Of a stretch of DNA of 59,923 nucleotides, positions 42,743-52,949 are shown one piece after another. Under the pieces are notes generated by a model. That model saw only the letters and a list, made by a program, of their open reading frames with translations. It was not told where the DNA came from and made no database searches. Source of the stretch: a virus (taxonomy: Duplodnaviria; Caudoviricetes); the IMG/VR virus record IMGVR_UViG_3300020471_000096, positions 1-59,923 of that record. One strand, written 5' to 3'. Position 1 is the first letter of the stretch. Each line of letters opens with the position of its first letter. The position numbers and the translations under genes are program-made.

Positions 42743-44883
42743 TATCTTCTTCCATCTTGCACAATATTTACTTGAGGTGAACCTAATTTAAATTTTGTGC
42801 CTATCTCTGTTGCCTCAACACGCATAGCAAATGTTCTACCTCTAACCCGTACATCTAATTTTTCTGTATATACCTCTACAGGTGTAGTTGCTGTTCTTTG
42901 TGATGTATTGCTGTCATCTGTCTGCGTAAAACCAGATCCTGAGTGTGTTCTAGCTTTTATTGTAAAATCAACTTGTGGATTAATTGATGTAGATCCTGCA
43001 AAACTAATATCTGGAACTATCCTATTAATAGACGCAAACCTTTCTGCTCCACCTAAAGCCATTGGAGCAGACTCAACAAATGATGTCATAGCACTGCCAT
43101 CATCATCAAAACCAGTTTCGTGATTAAATAAATATTGACCACCTGTAGCTATTGGTAGTGACCTTATACCTCTATCAAGCCATGCCTGTCTAGCAAGTGT
43201 ACCAAAATACCATATGTTTTCTAAATAATTGTAAATTACATATTTGTCTATTTCTGTGCTGATTGCGCTAGGATAAAACCACCATACCTCACTAAACTCT
43301 GTATTAGCGCCAACATGTACTTTGTTTCTTTCTTCAACATTTAAATCAAGAAATACCTTGTCTTTTACAGTACATTGCAACTGCTGTGTTTGTCCTGAGT
43401 AAATATAAAATGTATCAACACCCATCCAATAAACGTTATCATCTATAGCTATGGCTGATGATGGACTCATTATTGTTATATTCTTTGACAGTTCTTTGAT
43501 ACCAAAAGTAAATGGAGGTCCAATAAATCTCATGGCGTGTAATGTTTTGTTTGTGAAAACTAATATCTGTTCTTTCGTTTCTACAGCTTGCACAAATGTA
43601 GACCCACCACCTAACCTAAGATCTCCTGCCGTGTTAGTCGTTGTTGGAAAGAAATCAACAGGATTTTCTTGTGATGAGAATCTAACTAACAATGGATCTT
43701 GCACCCCGTCACCTTGTGTTGCTGTAGGCGTTGCTCCCAATCCATCACAACCAAAAACAATAACATGTCTATCTTGGTCTGACACAAGAACCTGTTTAGC
43801 TATTGTTGGGACACTTGTTTCTCCTGAAAATGTGCTTGTAGCACTAAGTTCTATAGCTCTGTTACCAAGTCCAGTAGTTTTATCCCAATAAAACAATCCA
43901 CCATCTCTAGGATTTATAATTAGATCCTCACCAAAATTATCATGTGACCATGTTCTAATTTGCGCACCCGGAACTGTAACCGATGCAGCATTGCCCCATC
44001 CAACAAAATCATTGGCAGAATCTGCATTGCCAACAGCTAATCTTACAAGAGTGTTATCTGCATGTGTTGTTGCAGTAGTGCCACTATGTCCACGAGTAAC
44101 AGTCATAGTATTGTCATCAGCAGTAGCTGATACAAGCATAAGCTCTTCTTCTACAAGTATTACATCATTAGCAGTATTCATGCCTGTTTCATCGTCAACA
44201 TCTACGCCAGTTTCACTTGCATCTAATGCTTCATTTAACTGTGTTGCTAAAGCACCAGATGTTGTTCCACTCCACTGACCAGCGCCCCATCCTGTACCAC
44301 CAACTGTAACATCTAGTCCTACATTTAGCTGATATGTACCAACAACACTTCCGCCACCGTTACCTGTGTCAGATGAATTAGCTGCAACACTAGATGTTAT
44401 TGTATAAGCATTAGAACTTATCAATGATGTTATTTGAAACTCTGCATTTAATATTGTAGCTGTTATTGTGCCACCTAAAGTTGCTGCACCAGAAAATGTT
44501 ACAAAGTCTTTTTCATTTGCACCATGTGCTGGATCTGTAACTGTTATTGTTGTAGATCCATTTGTTGCAGAAAAAGTTACATCACCTGCACTTGTAGTGT
44601 TTCTAATTGGTGTTATGTCATTAAATGTTTGACCTTCTTCTATGTAATATTTTAAATGTGTACCGATACCCATAAAGTCAGAACCATCTAATGCAACCCA
44701 GTTGTGTAGCCTTCTAGCGCTACCTAGATATGTATTAGTACTAAACTTCTCCCAACCACCTATCTTTTCTGGAGAACCTAGTCTAAATCTTATTTTATCG
44801 CCATCAACAAAACCACCCTCATTACTATAAGGTGTGATATCTGATACAATGCCTGATTTAAATGTTATTTTGTTCAAAGGCAT
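42742..44883 (-). CDS. Tail nozzle/tubular protein B-like (beta-propeller)
   Basis: 713 aa; RFRLGSPEKIGGW N-terminus, VWWFYPS, RVRGR C-terminus; position before lysis and internal proteins. Confidence 0.7.
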   Translation of the reverse strand: MPLNKITFKSGIVSDITPYSNEGGFVDGDKIRFRLGSPEKIGGWEKFSTNTYLGSARRLHNWVALDGSDFMGIGTHLKYYIEEGQTFNDITPIRNTTSAGDVTFSATNGSTTITVTDPAHGANEKDFVTFSGAATLGGTITATILNAEFQITSLISSNAYTITSSVAANSSDTGNGGGSVVGTYQLNVGLDVTVGGTGWGAGQWSGTTSGALATQLNEALDASETGVDVDDETGMNTANDVILVEEELMLVSATADDNTMTVTRGHSGTTATTHADNTLVRLAVGNADSANDFVGWGNAASVTVPGAQIRTWSHDNFGEDLIINPRDGGLFYWDKTTGLGNRAIELSATSTFSGETSVPTIAKQVLVSDQDRHVIVFGCDGLGATPTATQGDGVQDPLLVRFSSQENPVDFFPTTTNTAGDLRLGGGSTFVQAVETKEQILVFTNKTLHAMRFIGPPFTFGIKELSKNITIMSPSSAIAIDDNVYWMGVDTFYIYSGQTQQLQCTVKDKVFLDLNVEERNKVHVGANTEFSEVWWFYPSAISTEIDKYVIYNYLENIWYFGTLARQAWLDRGIRSLPIATGGQYLFNHETGFDDDGSAMTSFVESAPMALGGAERFASINRIVPDISFAGSTSINPQVDFTIKARTHSGSGFTQTDDSNTSQRTATTPVEVYTEKLDVRVRGRTFAMRVEATEIGTKFKLGSPQVNIVQDGRR

Positions 44884-46070
44884 TAGAACGCACTCACTGA
44901 TTTAGTTCCAGTATAGGCATCTTCATTAACGCTACCACTTCCATCATTTATGTCTTTTAAAGCAAAAGGTCTACTACTGCCATCACTACCAGATATAGTA
45001 CCAGTTAAACTAAAAGATCCATCTGTTGAATCTCTGTTTACAGTATTCGTAGCACCAGCAGATACTGTTGCACTAAATGGATCACTGCCAGATAATGTGC
45101 ATGATATTGCTAAATTATTTGTAAATATAAATCGTCTGCCTGCTGTTGGACCTGTAACACTTACGTTTTTAATTTGGTTAAATGCTCCACGACCACCTAT
45201 AATGGCAACCACTGCTTTACCAGTTGCAGAGTCTATAAACATTTCAATATCGAAACTACCTATGTTACCAGTATTTACACCAACTAAAGCGTCATCCCAT
45301 TTCATAAAACGATATGTGCCACCTGCATGAGAATGAGTTGTATTTGTACTTGGTCGTTTTGAAGTGCCACCATCAAATGTGCTTGTGCCTCCTGTTCCAC
45401 CTGAAGTTGATGGACCAGAGATACGACCACTTATGGGTGTACCATCTTCCATAAAAGCATGAGTAAAGGACATACCAAAATCAGATCTATCTATGTTATC
45501 AAGTCCTACTCCACCAAAAAGAGTTGTAAAACCTGTAGTATAATATGTCTCATTTACAAGCATTGCAGAATTACTGCCAGTATTTGGCTTTGTTACAGTT
45601 GTATTACCATCACCAAAACTAACACCACCACCAGATCCAGAAGAAGCACCAGAACCTCTAGAATCACTAACTAATGCAGTATCAAAAGTATGTGTGTCAG
45701 TCTGTACAACAACTGTAGAATTATCTGCCTCACTTATTGTAGTTGTACCAGAGTTTCCAGTAGAACTTTGAGACGATGTAAATGTTTTTAATGTAGATTG
45801 CACATTACCACTACCTTTTAATTCTAATGCAACACTAGAGTTGTTTGTTAAAGGTGAGCCAGAAGAATTGGTAATATTATTCCCATTTGTGTCTAATATT
45901 ATTTTTTTATGAGCAGAATCGTTATTCATTTGCAAATTACCACTAATAGCTCCAGATAATTTAAATAACTGTATAGGCAATTTATTTGCTCCTGTGCTAG
46001 CTTTATCGTTTAAAACACCAGATGAGCTAACTTCAGTAAATCCTACATTTGTTATTAATGGTATCGCCAT
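44883..46070 (-). CDS. Ser/Gly/Thr-rich tail fibre/spike protein
   Basis: Composition and position. Confidence 0.6.
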   Translation of the reverse strand: MAIPLITNVGFTEVSSSGVLNDKASTGANKLPIQLFKLSGAISGNLQMNNDSAHKKIILDTNGNNITNSSGSPLTNNSSVALELKGSGNVQSTLKTFTSSQSSTGNSGTTTISEADNSTVVVQTDTHTFDTALVSDSRGSGASSGSGGGVSFGDGNTTVTKPNTGSNSAMLVNETYYTTGFTTLFGGVGLDNIDRSDFGMSFTHAFMEDGTPISGRISGPSTSGGTGGTSTFDGGTSKRPSTNTTHSHAGGTYRFMKWDDALVGVNTGNIGSFDIEMFIDSATGKAVVAIIGGRGAFNQIKNVSVTGPTAGRRFIFTNNLAISCTLSGSDPFSATVSAGATNTVNRDSTDGSFSLTGTISGSDGSSRPFALKDINDGSGSVNEDAYTGTKSVSAF

Positions 46071-46077
46071 ACATCAC

Positions 46078-46962
46078 CTAAAACTTTACTGATTCCACAA
46101 AAGTAAATATGCTTCCATTTTGATTTATTGCTATTGCAAAAGACACTGAATTACCAAGACTTACACCTTGTGAGTTAGATGGATAACTTAAAGTTAATGT
46201 ATTAGATGAACTTGTCTTATCCACAATTATGTATTGACCTATTGCTAAACTGCCTATCGCTAAAGTTAAAGCTACGTTGTTACTTGATGTATCTACTTTC
46301 TGATATATTGATTGAGCAGAAGATGGTGTAAGCGTGGCTGAAGAAGATGTTATAGCACTTGGCACTGTTACAAGATTTGCATTGAAATATGTAGAAAAAG
46401 TAGCAGCAGTAGTTTGTCTCATTGTGCCACCATCATTTGTTACAATACCATCTCCATCTGCAACTGCTGTTGTTCCAGCACTTGTACCACCATCTATAAG
46501 ATTTAACTCTGCTGCTGTTGCAGTTAACTTAGTACCACCAAATGTTAAACTATCTAATAAATCTACAACTGCTGCACCCGATCCTGCACCATCTGCATAT
46601 ATTAATGCCTTTGCACCAGCAGGCACATTTACATTACCACCAGACCCTTGTGTAAATGTAGCAGTCTGACTTGTGCTATTGTGAACAAAGAACATTTTGT
46701 CTTGATCGTTAGGTGATATTGTTATTGTATTTGCACCAGATGGTGATCCGCCTAATACAAGAACTTTGTTACCACCTTCTGATAATGTACCATCGCTAGT
46801 TGTTAAGGTATGTGTTGTGCCAGATAAGGTTATAGCTCCTACACCATTAATGGCTCTGTCTATTATATCTAAGTTGTTGTTTGTAGTATTACCCCATGTA
46901 CCAGCTTGTTCACCAGCACCTATCTTTTCAACTCCTAGATTTGATGTATATGTACTTGCCAT
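46078..46962 (-). CDS. Tail fibre-related structural protein
   Basis: GEQAGTWGNTTNNNL N-terminus; LTATAAELNLIDG fibre motif. Confidence 0.7.
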   Translation of the reverse strand: MASTYTSNLGVEKIGAGEQAGTWGNTTNNNLDIIDRAINGVGAITLSGTTHTLTTSDGTLSEGGNKVLVLGGSPSGANTITISPNDQDKMFFVHNSTSQTATFTQGSGGNVNVPAGAKALIYADGAGSGAAVVDLLDSLTFGGTKLTATAAELNLIDGGTSAGTTAVADGDGIVTNDGGTMRQTTAATFSTYFNANLVTVPSAITSSSATLTPSSAQSIYQKVDTSSNNVALTLAIGSLAIGQYIIVDKTSSSNTLTLSYPSNSQGVSLGNSVSFAIAINQNGSIFTFVESVKF

Positions 46963-46964
46963 GC

Positions 46965-47444
46965 TTACCTCACTATTTCAGTATATGTCTCTGTGCCACT
47001 AGGCGTAATCTCTGTCCATGTCTCTGTACCACTTGGTGTAATCTCTGTATATGTCTCCGTTGTGGCATCTGTTACAACATCTATAAACATTATATCTCCA
47101 GAAGATGTTTTTGTAAAATTCAAATCTGCTGTAGCTGATGTTATAGCTATTAATGTGCCATCTGCTGTTTGTGTAAAATCTGCACTTATATCTATTTCTG
47201 TAACATCTAATCTGTTAGCAGCAGTTGTTTGTGTAAAGTCAGCACTAATATCAGCAGACGTAACACCAACAAATAAAGCGGTAGATGTCTGTGTAAAGTT
47301 ACCACTCAAATCTGCTATACCAGCTAATATACCAACACCTACAGATGTTTTAGATGCTACACCATTTAGCTCTGCACTAGCTGCAAGTAAGTTACCACCT
47401 ACATCAGCAATGGCTGCTTCGGCTATGGCAGCGTGACCAAACAT
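46965..47444 (-). CDS. Repetitive structural protein
   Basis: Repeated ADISADFTQT and TETxTEITPSG units. Confidence 0.7.
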   Translation of the reverse strand: MFGHAAIAEAAIADVGGNLLAASAELNGVASKTSVGVGILAGIADLSGNFTQTSTALFVGVTSADISADFTQTTAANRLDVTEIDISADFTQTADGTLIAITSATADLNFTKTSSGDIMFIDVVTDATTETYTEITPSGTETWTEITPSGTETYTEIVR

Positions 47445-47620
47445 TAATCGGCATCCTCTATTGTAAGTGTACCCTCTTTAACTTGTTTCAGTATTTCTGC
47501 ATAGTGTCTGTTAGCAGGGTCTAATGGTACAGACATTTCTTGACCATCAACTACGATATTAATTGAAACATTTTCCCCTGTTTTCATATCTGTATAATAT
47601 TTTGCACTTTGTATATTCAT
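47444..47620 (-). CDS. 58-aa tail-fibre-associated protein (below ORF-track cutoff)
   Basis: MNIQSAKY...VPLDPANRHYAEILKQV...; AAGGA RBS. Confidence 0.75.
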   Translation of the reverse strand: MNIQSAKYYTDMKTGENVSINIVVDGQEMSVPLDPANRHYAEILKQVKEGTLTIEDAD

Positions 47621-47628
47621 TTTATTCC

Positions 47629-48759
47629 TTAAAGTTCAGCATCAAAAGGCGCTCTTTTATTAGATTCAATGTAAACATTTCCTGCATTTGAAGTTGTCAT
47701 GCCACCTGCATTAACAGTCCAATTCATGCCACCACCTACTGAACTTAAACCATTAGCAGCAAAACCTGTACAAACTCTATTCGTAGCTCCTTCATAAATT
47801 GAAAAATCAGCAGCAGCTCCTGTAAGTGTAGTTGTAGGAGTTGCTCTCATTTCAACTGGAAATCTTACATGAGAAATAGCAATTGTGCTATTATAAACTG
47901 CACACGACATAATGTAAGGACTATTTGGAGCTGCACCTGAAGCAGGATTTATATCAAAACAATACCTTTGACACAAAAGCAGTTCTTCTCCAAATGACCT
48001 ATGCTCAAATGGTGTGGCTTGTGAGCCTACTTCTAGTTGGACTTGTGTTAAATAAAAATTGTTAGAGGTGCTATCCATCCAATTAACTTGATTGCTCGAT
48101 GCGTATGTATTAGTATCACTTGACCAAGTATTACTTGTTCCTATGGCATAAGTAGAACCTTGACCAAGACCAAATGATAACTCAAGTCCAATACCATTAT
48201 CATTATCAATTGCACCAGCAGAAGCAGTGATAAATGAAGTGCTACCAGCAGTTGGAGTTATAATTATTTCCTTTTGCTCCCAAGTATTTGCACTACTAAT
48301 TGTGTATTCGTGAATAAAATGATAAGCTGTATTATCTGGTTTTCTTAAAAGAATAGAATATATTCCAGTTTTGTTTGACTTTACCCAAAATGAAAGTGCT
48401 AAAGTTTTTGCAGAGGATGTTCCATACGATAACTGCTGTAAATTTTGTGCTTCAATTCTTTGAATAATTCGTGAAAACTGAGTGCCTGAAAGGCTTGTGT
48501 CTGCTGTTGTAACTTGACACTTTAAAGAGTTACCAGTTCCAAAAGGATTGTCCGTTGACTTTTCAGTAGTAAAAGCACCATCAGTGCTTGTGTCTCCTCT
48601 AAATCTGTCAACAGTAGTATAACCAGAACTAACTGCTGTGGCAGAAGTTGCCCTTTGAAAAATTTGCATTGCACCATTAATTACAATGTTGCGTCTCCCC
48701 CCAATCTGACTATTGGTTAGGACTTCACCCATCTTTGCTAATTCTGCTGCTTTGGTCAT
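47629..48759 (-). CDS. Tail fibre/receptor-binding protein with a carbohydrate-binding-like domain
   Basis: RRNIVINGAMQIFQR...VQLEVGSQATPFEHRSFGEELLLCQRY. Confidence 0.75.
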   Translation of the reverse strand: MTKAAELAKMGEVLTNSQIGGRRNIVINGAMQIFQRATSATAVSSGYTTVDRFRGDTSTDGAFTTEKSTDNPFGTGNSLKCQVTTADTSLSGTQFSRIIQRIEAQNLQQLSYGTSSAKTLALSFWVKSNKTGIYSILLRKPDNTAYHFIHEYTISSANTWEQKEIIITPTAGSTSFITASAGAIDNDNGIGLELSFGLGQGSTYAIGTSNTWSSDTNTYASSNQVNWMDSTSNNFYLTQVQLEVGSQATPFEHRSFGEELLLCQRYCFDINPASGAAPNSPYIMSCAVYNSTIAISHVRFPVEMRATPTTTLTGAAADFSIYEGATNRVCTGFAANGLSSVGGGMNWTVNAGGMTTSNAGNVYIESNKRAPFDAEL

Positions 48760-49050
48760 TTATATCTCTTGGCTTTCTACAAATGTTTTATAATTAACTT
48801 TGACTGTATCTGTCCACACAGCATTAGCTACTGCTTGTACTTCACTAGCTTCTTTGCTTATGTCAGTGTCTGTATGTGTCCACTTGCCATCACTATCTTT
48901 TGATGATGTACAAGGTTGTAGAACATGCCTATGCCTTGACCTACTAATCTCTGTGCCATCTTCTTTAATGACTGTATCTGTAGCTACTTGAACATTCCAC
49001 TTCTGTACAACCTCTATTTTTGATATTTCTAATGTTTTTGATATTGCCAT
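48760..49050 (-). CDS. Small tail-fibre-associated protein
   Basis: EDGTEISRSRHRHV...VANAVWT. Confidence 0.75.
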   Translation of the reverse strand: MAISKTLEISKIEVVQKWNVQVATDTVIKEDGTEISRSRHRHVLQPCTSSKDSDGKWTHTDTDISKEASEVQAVANAVWTDTVKVNYKTFVESQEI

Positions 49051-49064
49051 TTTTTATTCCTACT

Positions 49065-50375
49065 CTATGTTGCATAATATGTTATCGATACACCTATATT
49101 ATTTACTCCACTTGATGCCTGACCAGAATTAGAGGAGTGTATATACATAGTAGAAGAATAAAGATAAACACTACCACCACTACTAGACGCTACAGAATCT
49201 CCACTCCAAGCACCTGCATAATTTATAGTACCAGAAGGCTGTGTAGCAGTAAAAGGCATACCAGTAATAGCATAATATCCAGCAGTTGAACTAAATCGCA
49301 TACCAGAACCATTAATACTACAGTGTACATTTACTAATCGCCCAACTTTAGTATATGTGCCAGTAAGTGATGAACCCCAAGTTCCAACTGTTGAAGAAGG
49401 CTGACTAAGAGCTGGTGTCCAAGTGCCTTCTTCATAATCGTCAAGTAAATTAGCATCAGCTACTGCGCCAAAATAAACACCACTATTTGTAAATATTTCT
49501 CCATCTTCATCTACAGAAAATTTTACTGTATTGCTACCAGTAGTGGTTGTTTGTAACATAATTTGATTTGCAGTAGGGCTTTCGTGATGAATACGAACAA
49601 CTGGTGTAGTCAAGTTTGCATTTGTTGCAGAAAAAACAGCAACATTATTAGGACTTGTTCCACTTGCTGGTGCTACCTCAACATACAAACCTCTTTCTTG
49701 CGCTCCTGCAGCCTCATTTCGTAAAGATAACTTACCGTAGTTTCCAGCATTATCACCTATTTTAACATTATCTTCACCTGCATCTATCAATAATAAATTG
49801 GCTTCACCATTACCCTCAACACGGAAGTTTACATCTGCACTACCTTGATTTATTACAACTTCATTTGAAACACCTTGAAAAATATTAACATCCCCAGCAG
49901 TCAAGTCTATTTGATTATCTGCTAGTGCTATATGAGTGTCAGTATCACCTGAGTGAATAATTTTTTGTGGTATGGTTAAGTCACCAGTAAATGTTGTATC
50001 ACCTGACACACCACCTGTTAAGGTAGTAGCACCTGTTACACCAAGTGTACCTGCCATTGTAACATTGCCATCAAACTGTCCACCATCTGCTTTGCTTACA
50101 GTGTCTGCGGCACTAAAAGCATCAAAAACTATTATTTCTAGGAGGTCATCAACTGACGCTCCTTGAGCTAAAACGATAGCTGTGCCACTTGTAGATGTGT
50201 AGTCGGCATCACCTAACTTTACACCATTTTGATATACATCAACAAAGTTAGAGTCTTTATAACTTAATGTTGCGCCCTCTGACCCTGCACCACTGAAACT
50301 AGTTTGCCCAGCAGTAGCGGTATAAGTGTGCTTTCTTCTAACTCCAAACTGTGGACTGACTCCTATGTATGGCAT
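49065..50375 (-). CDS. Tail fibre/receptor-binding protein
   Basis: MPYIG anchor; LDDYEEGTWTP...YTKVGRLV C-terminal domain. Confidence 0.78.
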   Translation of the reverse strand: MPYIGVSPQFGVRRKHTYTATAGQTSFSGAGSEGATLSYKDSNFVDVYQNGVKLGDADYTSTSGTAIVLAQGASVDDLLEIIVFDAFSAADTVSKADGGQFDGNVTMAGTLGVTGATTLTGGVSGDTTFTGDLTIPQKIIHSGDTDTHIALADNQIDLTAGDVNIFQGVSNEVVINQGSADVNFRVEGNGEANLLLIDAGEDNVKIGDNAGNYGKLSLRNEAAGAQERGLYVEVAPASGTSPNNVAVFSATNANLTTPVVRIHHESPTANQIMLQTTTTGSNTVKFSVDEDGEIFTNSGVYFGAVADANLLDDYEEGTWTPALSQPSSTVGTWGSSLTGTYTKVGRLVNVHCSINGSGMRFSSTAGYYAITGMPFTATQPSGTINYAGAWSGDSVASSSGGSVYLYSSTMYIHSSNSGQASSGVNNIGVSITYYAT

Positions 50376-50378
50376 ATT

Positions 50379-50672
50379 TTAACCTTTCGGATATTTATCT
50401 TTTACTGCTTTAATTGTTGTTTTCCAACCATCTATACCATTGTGATACAAATCATCTAATTGGTCTACTATAGATGGATAAGCTGTTTCTCTATCTCTTT
50501 GATACTTATTATTTTCATATGCAGTTTCTAATTCTTTTTGTTTAGCAAGTATATCTTTTTCAGATATAGGTGTTGTGTCATTGTGCCAAGTTATTTGTTT
50601 TACATCATTTTCACGAACAGTAACTTCTGCTTTTGGATTTATCGCTAATATTGCTGATGTTATATTAATCAT
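50379..50672 (-). CDS. Tail-fibre assembly chaperone-like small protein
   Basis: YQRDR...YPSIVDQLD...IKAVKDKYPK. Confidence 0.75.
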   Translation of the reverse strand: MINITSAILAINPKAEVTVRENDVKQITWHNDTTPISEKDILAKQKELETAYENNKYQRDRETAYPSIVDQLDDLYHNGIDGWKTTIKAVKDKYPKG

Positions 50673-51157
50673 CCTGCGATCTCTATAAGTGTGAGTGTGC
50701 TTGGGGTGCTGTTAGGGCATATGCTAAGTGTTCCACCTAGACCAACAGCACTGAAATAAATTTTATATTCAGTAGCACTCGTTGTGTTTGGCGAATCTAA
50801 GTAAGTCGGAGTATGATGGTTCACATGATTAGATCCTCCTCCGTATCCATAAGCGTAGCCATAAGTTGCACTGTCTGAGACACGAGAACCTCCTCTATAA
50901 AGTGTAATAGAACTTACACCACCTGCTGTATTTTGCCACATACTACACGCTGCTAACACAAAAATTTTACTACTTGTTGATGATGGCGTTATCGTTGCTG
51001 CAAGACCAGTATCAACAAAAGAACTACTTGTCGTTGCAGTTAAAGTCGAATATGTATTAGTTACAATTTGTATCACACTCCCTGCTGACATATTAGCATC
51101 AGCAAACTGATTAGTTACAGTTCCAATTCCACTACCTATTACTTTTGTTAATGCCAT
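50669..51157 (-). CDS. Short receptor-binding/fibre tip protein
   Basis: GSVIQ...ITPSSTSSKI...DSPNTTSATEYK...LIEIAG. Confidence 0.72.
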   Translation of the reverse strand: MALTKVIGSGIGTVTNQFADANMSAGSVIQIVTNTYSTLTATTSSSFVDTGLAATITPSSTSSKIFVLAACSMWQNTAGGVSSITLYRGGSRVSDSATYGYAYGYGGGSNHVNHHTPTYLDSPNTTSATEYKIYFSAVGLGGTLSICPNSTPSTLTLIEIAG

Positions 51158-51166
51158 TCGTTACTC

Positions 51167-51466
51167 CTAGCTTATGCTACTTGCATCATCTCTTTGTTTG
51201 CGTGTTTTATAATCACTTCTTGCAGTTACAAGTGCAACAAAGTCTGCTTGGTTGCTTGGTATGGGGTCTGTGAAGCTACTGTCGTTCATCAACTTTGTAG
51301 TCCACTCTGTCTGCATACGCTTCCAACAGTTGTTTAACTTTCCATTGATTGCACCATCCAACCACTCGTCTATACCTTTGTTGTCTGATGTATCATTGTA
51401 TAAATCATTAGACAGAATCTTTTGTTGTAAATCTGTTAATGTTATTGTCTTTGTGTGATTTGCCAT
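51167..51466 (-). CDS. Small tail-fibre-associated protein
   Basis: AGGAG RBS; follows the C1q-like fibre gene. Confidence 0.7.
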   Translation of the reverse strand: MANHTKTITLTDLQQKILSNDLYNDTSDNKGIDEWLDGAINGKLNNCWKRMQTEWTTKLMNDSSFTDPIPSNQADFVALVTARSDYKTRKQRDDASSIS

Positions 51467-51503
51467 TTTATAACTCCTTTATGTTACGTTGTTTCACTAT
51501 TGG

Positions 51504-52589
51504 CTAACAGACTAAAAAGCCTGAAAAAAATGAAGTTGCATTTATGTCTAGTTGTGCCGTACCAAGTGGTTGCAATATATTAATTTTACAAGTGTCATTA
51601 GCATCCATGTCAACAAACTGGCTTAAAGTAAGTGTCCAATAATTAAGATCAGCAGAAAATCTCGCTGTATCAATAATATTATACATAGGTCTGTTACTTG
51701 TTGATAAAGTTGTGTAAACGTATGCACTAGCACTATCTACACTTTCAAGATACAAATTGACATTAAATTGATATCTTCCTGTAATTGGTGCTGTAAAAGT
51801 ATAGTTAGATGTATCAAAATCTGAATTTTGGTCAAATATTTCACTATCAAACTCAACAGCAGTATCTGAATTAACAGGAATATTAAATTGTTTGTCAGAT
51901 AGCTTTACAAAAAAAGCAGGTTGAAGTGGTTTGGTTACAGCGCCTATAGAATCAACTTCTATAACAGAACTGGCTGATGTTCCAAATGTCATTTTATCAA
52001 TATTATGGTCGTATTTTAGAAACCCACGATAAGCTGCGTTACCACTTGTACCATCAGCGAAACAAATATAATTTGAATGGGTTGTGCCAGTTACGAATGT
52101 CATACCACCTTCATCAGCAGCAGTTACAACTAATTCATCGCTATAGTAGTCACTAGGACTTGCAGTGTTAATACCTACTTTATCATTAGTTGTATCTACT
52201 TTTAACGTATCTGTGTCCACTGTTAAGTCTGCTGTTAAAGTAGTAGCACCTGTAACATTAAGTGCTGAACTAAACGTACCATCTGTTGCCTGTAATGATG
52301 ATGTAGATGGATGGTCAACTGTGGCTACAGTTCTAAATAAATAATACACAAAGATATTATTACCTGAGTTACTTGATGGTGCAGCGGTAAATGTAAGTGT
52401 AGTTCCGTTGCTTACTGCATATGCTACAGATGGTTCTTGGATAACACCATCTACAGATACAAGTATATCTTCATCAGAACCTACTCCATGATCTAGTGTA
52501 AATGCAGTTGTGGAACCATCACCAGAAAACTGTGTGGCTGCTTTACTGGCTACAAATCTATTTCCTGCTTGATTACCTAAATATGGCAT
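51504..52589 (-). CDS. Tail fibre protein with C-terminal C1q-like domain
   Basis: MPYLG anchor; QPAF...FDSEIFD...FTAPITGRYQF...FSGFL. Confidence 0.78.
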   Translation of the reverse strand: MPYLGNQAGNRFVASKAATQFSGDGSTTAFTLDHGVGSDEDILVSVDGVIQEPSVAYAVSNGTTLTFTAAPSSNSGNNIFVYYLFRTVATVDHPSTSSLQATDGTFSSALNVTGATTLTADLTVDTDTLKVDTTNDKVGINTASPSDYYSDELVVTAADEGGMTFVTGTTHSNYICFADGTSGNAAYRGFLKYDHNIDKMTFGTSASSVIEVDSIGAVTKPLQPAFFVKLSDKQFNIPVNSDTAVEFDSEIFDQNSDFDTSNYTFTAPITGRYQFNVNLYLESVDSASAYVYTTLSTSNRPMYNIIDTARFSADLNYWTLTLSQFVDMDANDTCKINILQPLGTAQLDINATSFFSGFLVC

Positions 52590-52945
52590 TATGTAATCTC
52601 CATATAACTCATGGTCACTGATAATTTATCTGCAACAGAACAATCTATCTTTACTATATCGCCTACATTTAAAACTATCTTATTACCAGCCATAATCTCA
52701 ACTGATGATCCAACTGGCACTGGTATGTCTTTTACAATATGTGCTGTAGTATTTTGTGTTTGAGATGTTTGTGTTGTTGTACTTACAAGTTGAACTGTAC
52801 CAGTAACTTGTGCAGTATGTACATTTGCCAATGTTAATCCCAATACAATAATTGTGCTACCAGTTTGAACTGTATAAAGAGTTTCTGGCGATCCAGCAGA
52901 GGCTGGAGCAACATCTCTTGTAATTACTTTGAATGTATTTGCCAT
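52589..52945 (-). CDS. Tail-associated structural protein
   Basis: MANTFK...GNKIVL...SYMEIT. Confidence 0.75.
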   Translation of the reverse strand: MANTFKVITRDVAPASAGSPETLYTVQTGSTIIVLGLTLANVHTAQVTGTVQLVSTTTQTSQTQNTTAHIVKDIPVPVGSSVEIMAGNKIVLNVGDIVKIDCSVADKLSVTMSYMEIT

Positions 52946-52949
52946 ATCA

